Source: a virus. Taken from it: a DNA stretch of 64,000 bases. The position numbers and the translations under genes are program-made. The stretch covers positions 5,930-69,929 of IMG/VR virus record IMGVR_UViG_3300044713_000107. One strand, given 5' to 3'. Each line of letters starts with the position of its first letter. The stretch's first letter is position 1. Below, piece after piece: positions 18,286-26,531 of this stretch. The notes under the pieces are model-generated. The model saw only the letters and a list, made by a program, of their open reading frames with translations, did no database searches and was not told the origin of the DNA.

Positions 18286-18516
18286 TCAGTTGGCCTGTTG
18301 TGTCAGGCGTTGGTGTGCTTCCTGCGGGTCGAGGAGGACGTCGCGTGCGAGCGTGCCGCGTGAGGGTCCGACGATGCCGTGGGCGGCGAGCTGGTCCATG
18401 AGCCGTTCGGCGGTGGAGAACCGGATGCGGAGCTTGCGCTGGAGCATGTTGGTGGAGCCGAAGCGGGTGGTGGTGATGATCTCGGCGGCCTGGAACAGGA
18501 GGTCGTCGGCGGTCAT
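18286..18516 (-). CDS. Stand-alone FtsK gamma (winged-helix) domain protein
   Basis: AAEIITTTRFGSTNMLQRKLRIRFSTAERLMDQLAAHGIVGPSRGTLARDVL matches FtsK gamma consensus; ATG overlaps upstream stop. Confidence 0.88.
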   Translation of the reverse strand: MTADDLLFQAAEIITTTRFGSTNMLQRKLRIRFSTAERLMDQLAAHGIVGPSRGTLARDVLLDPQEAHQRLTQQAN

Positions 18517-18953
18517 CAGAACGCGGCCCAGGCGTGCGGCTGCCCAAGGACGATGCGGTCGTAGGTGCGCTCGGTGCGCTCGTGGGAACCCTCGGCTTCG
18601 ACGGCGGCGAGCTGGGCACGAACCTGCTGGCGGGTCATCGAGACGGGGCCGTGTGGGGCGGTCGGGATGGAGTCCCAGTCGAGGTCGTGGCTCAGCGGGC
18701 GGGCGGTGAGCGGCCGGGCGGGCGGAGCCGGGCGCGGGCCGAGACCGGAGGGCTTGCGCGGGCCAGGGACGCGGGGGATGGCCGGCTTGTCGTCGTCGGT
18801 GTCCCAGCCCTGCGGGGCTGCTGTGCTGCTGATGGTGCTGGCGATACTCTCCATGTGTCTGCCCATTCGCTTCGGAGTGGTTGGGCGGCTTGGCCCGGTC
18901 GGTGTTCGCGCACTGGTCGGGCCGTCTTGCTGAGAACCGGGTGCGGTTCCCAT
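18516..18953 (-). CDS. Pro-rich hypothetical protein, first gene of tra operon (probably leaderless)
   Basis: ATG 18953 lies 7 nt after a TAGGGT -10; alternative ATG at 18854. Confidence 0.5.
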   Translation of the reverse strand: MGTAPGSQQDGPTSARTPTGPSRPTTPKRMGRHMESIASTISSTAAPQGWDTDDDKPAIPRVPGPRKPSGLGPRPAPPARPLTARPLSHDLDWDSIPTAPHGPVSMTRQQVRAQLAAVEAEGSHERTERTYDRIVLGQPHAWAAF

Positions 18954-18959
18954 GAGACA

Positions 18960-19000
18960 AACCCTAGGGCTTGTTCGTAGGCATGGCAAGCCCTAGGGTT
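18960..19000. promoter_or_regulatory. Symmetric divergent promoter pair / operator
   Basis: Perfect 14-bp IR aaccctagggcttg...caagccctagggtt; minus strand TTGCCA-17-TAGGGT; plus strand TTGTTC-17-TAGGGT. Confidence 0.8.
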
Positions 19001-19044
19001 GGTGTCGTTGGATCTGCACTCCCCAAAGGGAAGGGAGCGCGGGC

Positions 19045-19368
19045 GTGTCGAAGGAGCCCAAGGAGGTGGAGAGGCTGTTGGAAGCCATCGCAGCGTTCGA
19101 GGCCATCGATGACGACGCCGAATGCACGCGCGTCGTGTCTCAAGCACTCAAGGACTGGCCTGAGCTCCACTCGCGCCTTCGCGCGCTGCGGCAGGCCCGT
19201 GTGCAGTCTCTTCGCGAACAGAAACTGTCGTGGGCTCAGATCGCTGAGATCATCGGAGGCGAGATCACGCCCGAGCGTGCCCAGCAGATCGGCAAGGGCC
19301 TCAGTGGCGCCACCCGCAAGAAGGCCAAGCGGGAAGCCGAGGCCGCGGCGGAGAAGCCGGCCGAGTAG
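19045..19368 (+). CDS. HTH repressor candidate of tra operon
   Basis: LSWAQIAEIIGGEITPERAQQI; divergent from tra operon. Confidence 0.75.
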   Translation: MSKEPKEVERLLEAIAAFEAIDDDAECTRVVSQALKDWPELHSRLRALRQARVQSLREQKLSWAQIAEIIGGEITPERAQQIGKGLSGATRKKAKREAEAAAEKPAE

Positions 19369-19415
19369 CCGCCCGCTGTCGCGCCCCGGTGAGCTCTTGC
19401 CGGGGCGTTGTTGTG

Positions 19416-19616
19416 TTACCGGAACCGCAGCGTGCTGGTGGTGCCGCGGGCGAGCTCGGCCGTGTACATCGCACCCCCGGCGAGCTCGGTGTAGTCGGTG
19501 ACGGGCTCGCCAGCCTTGATGAGGGCGACAGCGCAGTCCAGGCACCACGGGGAGGTGGTTTCACGGTCGACGATGACCGCGGCCTGGCCGCAGCTGCCGC
19601 ACTGGTGCTCCGTCAT
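19416..19616 (-). CDS. Small zinc-finger protein
   Basis: CGSC...CLDC; RBS GGAGG. Confidence 0.6.
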   Translation of the reverse strand: MTEHQCGSCGQAAVIVDRETTSPWCLDCAVALIKAGEPVTDYTELAGGAMYTAELARGTTSTLRFR

Positions 19617-19627
19617 CGTTCCTCCGG

Positions 19628-19807
19628 TCATCCCCAGCTGGAACCGCACTGGACGCAGCCCCAGCGGCCACCGCCGGTCTGGTAGGTGCTGCTCGATCCG
19701 CAGACTGGGCAGTTCATGTCCCGGCACTGGTGGTCGGGCTGGTCCTCGTCGGGCATCGTAGCCGGGATGGTGGTGGTGGTCGGGGGTTCGAGCAGGATCA
19801 CGCTCAT
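19628..19807 (-). CDS. Small zinc-ribbon protein
   Basis: CPVC...CVQC; RBS AGGAGG. Confidence 0.6.
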   Translation of the reverse strand: MSVILLEPPTTTTIPATMPDEDQPDHQCRDMNCPVCGSSSTYQTGGGRWGCVQCGSSWG

Positions 19808-19970
19808 GGGGGTGACCTCCTGTCGGTGTACAGGCGTGCAGCGGTAGCGTGGATGACTGGCCGTCACCACGTCGTTGCTGCTTGGGATGTCTCAATCCCA
19901 CCGCGAGCCGGGCCGCAGCACGATGAGGGCAGGGACCATCTGGAATGCAGGTAGCCGACTGGGGGTTGGC

Positions 19971-20603
19971 GTGGATGTCGTTGGCAGGTGGTCGGCCAGG
20001 CGCGCGGTGGCGTTGCAGTTGGCGATGCGGGCCACGAATGAGGGTTTCGCCGGGGTGCTCGGTATCAGCACCAGGACTGTCGCCGCGTGGCATGCGGCCC
20101 CGGAGGTGACGCCTCGGGAGGAGTTCCAGCAGATCCTCGACACCGCGTTCGAGAAGGCCCCGGAGCAGGTGCGTGCCCGCTACGAACAGCTGGTCAAGAC
20201 CCCGGCGGCGGATGTGCAGGCGCTCAGGGTTGCGGTCGCGGTGATCACGCATGAGGGCCGGGTACTGCTGGTGTGCCGCCGCGGCGACGACGCGATCAGC
20301 TGGCAGTTCCCGTCCGGGATCGTAAAGCCAGGCAGCAAGCCCGAGGCCGCTGCGGTGCGTGAGGCGCTGGCGGAGACCGGCGTCCACGTCGCCGTCCAGC
20401 AGCACCTCGGCGAACGCCTCCACCCCGTGACCGGGGTTCAGTGCCACTACCTGCAGTGCAGTTGGCTCGCAGGCGACGCTGCGAATGCGGACCCGGATGA
20501 GAACGTGGCAGTGATGTGGGTCGCGACCGCCGATGTGTCGCGGTTCATCCCAGCGGACAGGATCTACCCGCCCGTCATGGCGGTTCTGGAGGGGAAGCAG
20601 TGA
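19971..20603 (+). CDS. HTH-Nudix fusion with degenerate Nudix box
   Basis: N-terminal FAGVLGISTRTVAAW HTH; Nudix-like WQFPSGIVKPGSKPEAAAVREALAETG. Confidence 0.82.
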   Translation: MDVVGRWSARRAVALQLAMRATNEGFAGVLGISTRTVAAWHAAPEVTPREEFQQILDTAFEKAPEQVRARYEQLVKTPAADVQALRVAVAVITHEGRVLLVCRRGDDAISWQFPSGIVKPGSKPEAAAVREALAETGVHVAVQQHLGERLHPVTGVQCHYLQCSWLAGDAANADPDENVAVMWVATADVSRFIPADRIYPPVMAVLEGKQ

Positions 20604-20992
20604 GCGAGCAGGGGATCAGCGCGGCGATCATCGTCCACGACGGGCGGGTGCTCATGGCCCGGCGCCGCGTCACGGAGGGCGAGCTGTCGTGGCAGTTCCC
20701 CGCGGGCGGCATCGAGGCGGGGGAGTCGGCGGAGCAGGCCGCAGTCCGCGAGACCGTCGAGGAGACCGGCCTCACCGTCAGCGCGGTGAAGGTGCTCGGG
20801 GAGCGCGTCCACCCGAAGACCGGCCGGCACATGTCCTACGTCGCCTGCACAGTCGAGGGCGGCGCGGCAACGGTCGCGGACGACGAGGAACTTGCTGAGG
20901 TCCGCTGGGCGACACTCGCCGACCTCCCGCAGCTCGTGCCGTACGGCTTGTTCCCGGTTGTGCAGCAGTACCTCGACGCCGAGCTCGCGTAG
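20600..20992 (+). CDS. Nudix hydrolase (pSAM2 Pif-like candidate)
   Basis: Intact box GGIEAGESAEQAAVRETVEETGL; 130 aa. Confidence 0.9.
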   Translation: MSEQGISAAIIVHDGRVLMARRRVTEGELSWQFPAGGIEAGESAEQAAVRETVEETGLTVSAVKVLGERVHPKTGRHMSYVACTVEGGAATVADDEELAEVRWATLADLPQLVPYGLFPVVQQYLDAELA

Positions 20993-21007
20993 CATCCACC
21001 GCAAGCA

Positions 21008-21050
21008 CGACTGAGCCCGACCCCAACTGCCATGGGGTCGGGCTCAGTCG
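21008..21050. terminator. Bidirectional terminator between convergent genes
   Basis: Perfect 18-bp stem cgactgagcccgacccca / tggggtcgggctcagtcg. Confidence 0.85.
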
Positions 21051-21059
21051 CGTGCAAGG

Positions 21060-21587
21060 TCAGGCTGCGATCTCCCCGCCGCCGAGGTACTCGTCGAACG
21101 ACGTGCCCATTGCCTCGCATGCCTCACGCGGATTCGCCGAACCGGGGGCGAGATCCTGAAGCGCGAGCACCTTGTCGCACATCGCCGCGTTGGTGCTGTA
21201 GGCGCGCTCCTGCTTCAGGTACTCCTGCCGCTTCGCCTCGATCGCATCCCAGGACGAGACCTCGATCAGCGCCTGCTCGATCCACTTCTCGCCCGTCTCG
21301 GTGGTGCGCCGGATACCGACGACCGCGTTCTTCGTCAGCTGCTCGCCGTCGTGGGAGAACATGACCTTCTGCTGCTGCACGAACCAGGTCACGACGGCGT
21401 TCGAGCCGCGCCGCAGGATGTCCGCCTCCAGATCCATCGCCCAGCGCCGCTGAGCCTGGATCGCGTCGCGCCAGATGCTGATGAAGGCAGCGATGCGGTC
21501 GGGCGTCCGCTTCGAGCTGGCGATCACCTCCCGCATCGCCTCGTCGAACTCGTCGTTGTCGACGTCCGACCACCAGGGCTTGCGCAC
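21060..21587 (-). CDS. Hypothetical protein coupled to ParB-like gene
   Basis: GGAGG RBS; GTG adjacent to upstream stop. Confidence 0.65.
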   Translation of the reverse strand: MRKPWWSDVDNDEFDEAMREVIASSKRTPDRIAAFISIWRDAIQAQRRWAMDLEADILRRGSNAVVTWFVQQQKVMFSHDGEQLTKNAVVGIRRTTETGEKWIEQALIEVSSWDAIEAKRQEYLKQERAYSTNAAMCDKVLALQDLAPGSANPREACEAMGTSFDEYLGGGEIAA

Positions 21588-21588
21588 A

Positions 21589-22581
21589 TCAACCTCCAAC
21601 TATCAGGGACAGGCCCGCGGGGCGCTCCCGCAAGGCTTCGATGCGACCGACGTAGTCGGCCACGGACTTGGCCAGCTGGCGCAGGTCTTCCATCTGGCGC
21701 TCGTCGGCGCCGGCCGCGACCTGTTCCGGGGTGAACATCCCGATCAGGCCGAAGGAACGGGCGAGCTCCTTCTGGAAGTTGTGCTGCCACTGCTTGCGAC
21801 GGATCTCCTCGGCGGCGCCGGAGGATTCGAGGTAGTCGCGGACAGGGGCGACCAGGGCGTCGGCTTCGGCCTGCTTGACCTTCTTGAAGGCCGGGTCGAC
21901 CTTGCCGGTGCGGTCCATCACGGCCTGGGCCTCGCGAGCGGCTTCGCGCACCGGCTCGGGTGCCTCCAGGTCGCGGGCGGCCTCGACGACATGCCGGGCC
22001 TTCTCCAGGGTCCGGCCGGACATGCCAGTTGCCTTGGCGATCTGATCCCGAGTCTTCAGCGACGGCTTCGGTGCTTCGGCGGCAACGACGCTCGGTGGAA
22101 AATTTCCACCGAGCGTCGACTTGGCTTCTGGCTCGACGGCGACGAGTACGGGTGCTTCTGGATCGGCGGCTAGGCGCGCCTTTGCGGCTTGGGGGCCGCC
22201 GGCGCGCTGGCCCGCCAGGCGGCGTTCGGCTGCGCGCTGCTCCTCAATGCCGCGGATCCGCTCGGCGTGCTCAACCGCCTCGGTGGGCGTGAATGCCTCG
22301 CGCTCGGTGTTCTCTTCGCCCTCGGCGAGCAGGGCCTCCAGTTCGTCGGCGAGAGACCCGGCGACGTGGGCGTCGATCGTGTCGCGGCCGAGTAGCCGGT
22401 GGGCTTCGATGCGCCGACCGCCAGCGACGAGGGCGTAGCCGCCGCCGTCGGGCCGGACGACGATCGGCTGGAGAAGCCCTCGCTCTTTGATGGATTTTGC
22501 AAGGGAATCGATGTTGCGCATCTCCTGGCGCGCCCTGTCGCCAATGGTGATGCGGTCGAGGGATATGGCGTTGACGATCAA
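21589..22581 (-). CDS. ParB N-terminal domain protein with HTH
   Basis: SIKERGLLQPIVV, VAGGRRIEA, EENTERE; TTG start with GGAGG. Confidence 0.85.
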   Translation of the reverse strand: MIVNAISLDRITIGDRARQEMRNIDSLAKSIKERGLLQPIVVRPDGGGYALVAGGRRIEAHRLLGRDTIDAHVAGSLADELEALLAEGEENTEREAFTPTEAVEHAERIRGIEEQRAAERRLAGQRAGGPQAAKARLAADPEAPVLVAVEPEAKSTLGGNFPPSVVAAEAPKPSLKTRDQIAKATGMSGRTLEKARHVVEAARDLEAPEPVREAAREAQAVMDRTGKVDPAFKKVKQAEADALVAPVRDYLESSGAAEEIRRKQWQHNFQKELARSFGLIGMFTPEQVAAGADERQMEDLRQLAKSVADYVGRIEALRERPAGLSLIVGG

Positions 22582-22738
22582 GAGCGGACCTCCGCAGACG
22601 TCTGACCGATACTCACTATGAGTGAACGACTGGGGGATGCGCAAAGAGCCCGAGGCTGACGTGCTATGGAGTCCCGAATGGTGTGACTTTCCGGGCGCGC
22701 TGACGGCCCTTCAAGTCACACGCAGTTGCGACGCTCGC

Positions 22739-22772
22739 AAAAGCGCCCGCGCTCCGAAGAGAGCAGGCGCTT
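22739..22772 (-). terminator. Terminator with C(UUCG)G loop and U tract
   Basis: Minus strand aagcgcctgctctcTTCGgagcgcgggcgcTTTT. Confidence 0.75.
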
Positions 22773-22808
22773 CGTTGTGCTCAGTCCCGCGGTGGGCGAT
22801 GAAACAGG

Positions 22809-23228
22809 TCACGCCCTGTTCAGGAAGATCTTCGCTCCGTTGTGGCACAGGATCGTCGCCCCGTACCCGACCGCGGGCGGTGCTGGCCGGCGCGAGTACA
22901 GGTCCACGGCCGCGATCTCCCCGGCGTCGGCGTCGAGGACCGCGGCGATGAGCGCTGCTTCGAGGTGCTCGGGCGTGCCGGGAGTGCCGCTTACGGCAGG
23001 GGCGTCGGGCTTCTCGCCGAGGACCGGCTCTCCCTCGGGCTGGTCGTACTTGTCGCCCGGCGCGGACGCGGCCACGACCTGCCAGCGCGACGTCTTCCCG
23101 CCCGCCTGCACCGTCACCAGATGCGGGCGCAGACTCCGGCCGTCAGTCTCCGGCGTCAGCTCGGCAGTCACCCCATCGAGCGAGTTGGCGGCGGACACAA
23201 GCAGGCGGGCGAAACGATCAGGGCGCAT
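22809..23228 (-). CDS. Hypothetical protein
   Basis: Follows XRE gene; normal codon pattern. Confidence 0.6.
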   Translation of the reverse strand: MRPDRFARLLVSAANSLDGVTAELTPETDGRSLRPHLVTVQAGGKTSRWQVVAASAPGDKYDQPEGEPVLGEKPDAPAVSGTPGTPEHLEAALIAAVLDADAGEIAAVDLYSRRPAPPAVGYGATILCHNGAKIFLNRA

Positions 23229-23237
23229 GCGGGCACG

Positions 23238-23834
23238 CTACCCCTCAGCCTCGGGCGGCTCCGGCGGGACCTGCCGCGGACGGCCACCGACACCACGCTG
23301 CACGCCAGGAGTGCGCCCACGGTTGCGGGAGATGCGCGCGCTGAGCTCCTCGGTCACCTTGTGCGACGGGTCCGGCTCCTTGGTGGCCCGATACTTCCGC
23401 AGACCCGGTGCCCTTGACGTGGTCTGAAAGTCGTTCCATACCGCGCCGTCGTCATCAGCGGGCAAGTCGAGCGGCTGCTCGGCGAGGGCCCACGACCAGG
23501 CGAGGTCGGCGCTCACGCTGCCGTGGCCGGTGATCTCGATGTCGCTGTTGGGGTCGGCAGTCGGGGGCAGGAGTAGCGCGACCGGACTGACGCGGAGTGC
23601 GACGGCCAGCGCCATCAGGTCGTCGACGTCGACCTTTCGGGCTCGGGACTCGATGCGGCTGATCGCGCTGGGGGCGATCGGCCGGCCTGCGGCGGCGAGC
23701 AGCTTGGAGAGGTCGTAGGTCGACAGACCGCGGACTTCTCGTAGGGATACGAGGTTCCTCGCGACTGCCTGACCTGTGGGTCCGACCTCGTTGGTCTTGC
23801 GCGTTGCCTTCTCGCGCGCTTCGTCCGCTGCCAT
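23238..23834 (-). CDS. XRE-family repressor
   Basis: LREVRGLSTYDLSKLL...SAISRIES...VDVDDLMALAVALRVSP. Confidence 0.9.
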   Translation of the reverse strand: MAADEAREKATRKTNEVGPTGQAVARNLVSLREVRGLSTYDLSKLLAAAGRPIAPSAISRIESRARKVDVDDLMALAVALRVSPVALLLPPTADPNSDIEITGHGSVSADLAWSWALAEQPLDLPADDDGAVWNDFQTTSRAPGLRKYRATKEPDPSHKVTEELSARISRNRGRTPGVQRGVGGRPRQVPPEPPEAEG

Positions 23835-23869
23835 GTCCGCAGCATCCCATGTCTATGTGCCCGCGCCTA

Positions 23870-23914
23870 TCGACACGGGCCGCCATCCACGTATATGCTG
23901 CGTAATAAGCAGCA
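23870..23914 (+). promoter_or_regulatory. Promoter and operator for xis-like gene
   Basis: TCGACA-18-TATGCT; IR tgctgc-N7-gcagca overlapping the -10. Confidence 0.5.
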
Positions 23915-23939
23915 CACACCATCAAGGAAAAGGCATGTG

Positions 23940-24164
23940 ATGTTGGAACTGGCGCGTCCCCTCAGGGACGACGAGCTGCTGACCCCCATCGAGGTCAGCA
24001 AAATGACCAAGCTCGCCCTGCGCACCCTCGCCGACAAGCGATGGAAGGGAACGGGCCCCGACTACATCAAGCTCAGCCCCGGCAGGAACGGCCACGTGCG
24101 TTACTGGCGCAGCGCCGTCCTTGCGTGGCTGAACGAACACGACGACCTCGCGGACGCAGCATGA
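23940..24164 (+). CDS. AlpA/excisionase-like HTH protein
   Basis: LLTPIEVSKM...TLADKRWKGTGPDYIK...VRYWRSAVLAWL. Confidence 0.85.
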   Translation: MLELARPLRDDELLTPIEVSKMTKLALRTLADKRWKGTGPDYIKLSPGRNGHVRYWRSAVLAWLNEHDDLADAA

Positions 24165-24742
24165 TCGAGCTCGACCGACGTCGGACCGCCGTGTACCGCT
24201 TCTACGACGCACGCGACAACCTGCTGTACGTCGGAGTGGCAGTGAACCCAAAGAGCCGCTGGTACGGGCACAGGGACGACAAGCCTTGGTGGCCCGAGGT
24301 GACCACTAGGACGATCGAGTGGTTCGACGATCGGCGTGCCGCCGAGCGCGCCGAGTTCGAGGCCATCCAGAAGGAACGTCCTCGCTACAACATCCACCCG
24401 ACGTTCTGGCCCAAGGAACCCGTCGCGGCCGACCCTGACGAGCCCGGCATCGAGTTCGTCGAATGGGTCCGGCGCACCGCACTGGCCAAGGGCTATCGCC
24501 TCGGCGAGCGCGGAGCAATGCCCGCTCTGGCCCGTGCCGGCGACATGGATCTGAACATCCTGAAGAACTTTCTCGCCCCCAAGGGGCCCACCCAGAAGTG
24601 GCGGCGAAGCCCATTCGTGCCGTATCCGCCGAGCGTTGCGTTGCTCCGTGGCGTCGCCAAGGCATTTGGGCTGCCGCTGGACGACGTGATCATTCGCGCC
24701 GGACTCGCGGAGATCGACGACTTCACCCGAGGCAAGTCCTGA
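24161..24742 (+). CDS. GIY-YIG nuclease-like domain fused to XRE/CI-like HTH
   Basis: AVYRFYD...LLYVGV...RWYGH...AEFEAI...PRYN; C-terminal EFVEWV...GY...LLRGVAKAFGL. Confidence 0.8.
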   Translation: MIELDRRRTAVYRFYDARDNLLYVGVAVNPKSRWYGHRDDKPWWPEVTTRTIEWFDDRRAAERAEFEAIQKERPRYNIHPTFWPKEPVAADPDEPGIEFVEWVRRTALAKGYRLGERGAMPALARAGDMDLNILKNFLAPKGPTQKWRRSPFVPYPPSVALLRGVAKAFGLPLDDVIIRAGLAEIDDFTRGKS

Positions 24743-24842
24743 ACATGCGAAAGGCCCAGCGCGGGAACGCCGGGCCTCGCAACTCACTACGCGCCGCTGG
24801 CCTCGACAACCGGGCGCGCTGTTCTTGAAGGGATGCATTGCC

Positions 24843-25295
24843 ATGGTGGCATACGACGAACGATCCGTCAGCCCCACACCGGAGCACGGAACCGAGCAGG
24901 CCATCGACGCCGCCGCGCTCCAGCTCGCCCGTGAGATCCGCGCCTACGCCCAGGCGAACCCCCAGCACGGGATCCCCGCCGGGCAGCGCCTCACCGTCGC
25001 GCAGACGCTGGCGTTCGACTCCCTGATCCCGCTCCTCGTCGCGGTCCACGACCAGCTCGACGACATCTTCCCCGGCGCCAAGACGCAGCTGGAGCGGAAG
25101 CGGGACGTGCTGCTGAACATGCTGACGACGTACATGCTGCCCGAGCTGTTGAACGCGTCCGCCGAGGCCGCCACAGGCGAGAAGCCGGACCACAACCGCA
25201 TCCACACCGCGGTGTACGGCGACGTCGACAGCCTCTTCGACTTCGTGCTGCACCGCGCCAACGACGCCGTCCGCGAAGCCAAGCGAACCGTCTAA
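24843..25295 (+). CDS. Hypothetical protein
   Basis: RBS GAAGGG; helical product. Confidence 0.6.
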   Translation: MVAYDERSVSPTPEHGTEQAIDAAALQLAREIRAYAQANPQHGIPAGQRLTVAQTLAFDSLIPLLVAVHDQLDDIFPGAKTQLERKRDVLLNMLTTYMLPELLNASAEAATGEKPDHNRIHTAVYGDVDSLFDFVLHRANDAVREAKRTV

Positions 25296-25352
25296 CCCAC
25301 AAGCTCCCTGCGCCGCCCGGTGCAGGGCCGCCACAACCCTTAGGAGCACGTC

Positions 25353-25559
25353 ATGTCCAACGTCACCGCGATCCCCGTTCCGGACCGCAAGACGTTCCTC
25401 GTCGAGCAGATCGACGACACCCACACCGTCACCACCATCCCCGGGTTCGGCGGCTGGGGCACCTGGTACGAGGTCTGGGACGTCACGAAGGGCCGCACCA
25501 TCGGCGGTGCCAACCGGCGCCACCTCGTCCCGGCACTGATCGCCCGCACCGCCGCCTGA
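25353..25559 (+). CDS. Small hypothetical protein
   Basis: RBS TAGGAG. Confidence 0.65.
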   Translation: MSNVTAIPVPDRKTFLVEQIDDTHTVTTIPGFGGWGTWYEVWDVTKGRTIGGANRRHLVPALIARTAA

Positions 25560-25568
25560 CACACCAAA

Positions 25569-25597
25569 GGGCCGCCCCAGGGAAAGTGGGGCGGCCC
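25569..25597. terminator. GC hairpin upstream of rep
   Basis: Perfect 11-bp stem gggccgcccca / tggggcggccc. Confidence 0.6.
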
Positions 25598-25639
25598 ACA
25601 CCAACCGTACCGCCACGCACAGGAGTCGGAGTAGGACAC

Positions 25640-26521
25640 GTGGGCGACAGCGACGCCGGACAGCCATCCGGCAAGAAGCGCGCAGAGACGCGCTACTGCC
25701 GTGTCCCGCAGTGGCTCTACAGCGCTGGCGTCTCACTCCAGGCCATCGCCGCATACGGCTGGCTGCACGGCCGCTACGGATTCCTGCCCGTGATCAACCC
25801 GTCGTACGCGACGCTCGCCGAGGAGCTCCACTGCAGCCGCGGCAGTGTCATCACCTACCTGAAAGAGCTGGTCCGGGTCGGTGCGATCCGCATCAACGTG
25901 GGCGGCCCGAAGGGTCGAACGATCAACACCTACGAGATCGCGTTCGACGCTCCGTTCCCCGTAAGTGGTCAGTCGGCTGACCACTTGAAGGGTGCCGAGA
26001 GCTCCCAAGTGGTCAGCGGGCTGACCACTACTGGTCAGCCCGCTGACCAGAGCCCCGGTCAAAGTGGTCAGCGGGCTGTACCCGAAGAAGAAGTAGTTAA
26101 GAACGGGAAGACTCTCTCTGCTCGCATGCCCCGTCAGCCCCAGCCGTCTCCCGCTCCAGTCGAGAGAGAGACGGTTGCTTCGCAGGACAAGCTGACGACC
26201 GCGCAGCGGATCGTTCGCACTGCCGCCGTCGTAGCCGAAGCAGACGAAGACACGTTCATCGCCTGGGTGCGCGCCAAGCACCCGCCAGCCGGCCCGCAGT
26301 TCTGGCGCAAGGTCTCCGCCCAGGGCGATCTGCCCGAGCTCGTCGAGGCCTGGCGCGCCGACCAGCCTTCCCGGCCCACGCTGTCGCTCATTCCCGACTG
26401 GTGCGGCCACTGCAACCGCGGCCAGCAGCCCGCCAGCATCGCCGAACGCATCAACGAGACAACCGACGGCCGCATCGAACAGTGCCGGGCCTGCCACCCG
26501 GCCCGACGTGCCGCCGCCTGA
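25640..26521 (+). CDS. Replication initiator A (HTH_36-like, lambda O-type layout)
   Basis: PSYATLAEELHCSRGSVITYLKEL...NTYEI; internal iterons; upstream of dnaB. Confidence 0.8.
   Translation: MGDSDAGQPSGKKRAETRYCRVPQWLYSAGVSLQAIAAYGWLHGRYGFLPVINPSYATLAEELHCSRGSVITYLKELVRVGAIRINVGGPKGRTINTYEIAFDAPFPVSGQSADHLKGAESSQVVSGLTTTGQPADQSPGQSGQRAVPEEEVVKNGKTLSARMPRQPQPSPAPVERETVASQDKLTTAQRIVRTAAVVAEADEDTFIAWVRAKHPPAGPQFWRKVSAQGDLPELVEAWRADQPSRPTLSLIPDWCGHCNRGQQPASIAERINETTDGRIEQCRACHPARRAAA
25963..26078. repeat. Palindromic iterons, putative origin A
   Basis: TGGTCAG-N4-CTGACCA at 25963-25986, 26007-26030, 26031-26050; half site 26062-26078. Confidence 0.85.
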
Positions 26522-26531
26522 AAGGACCCCC

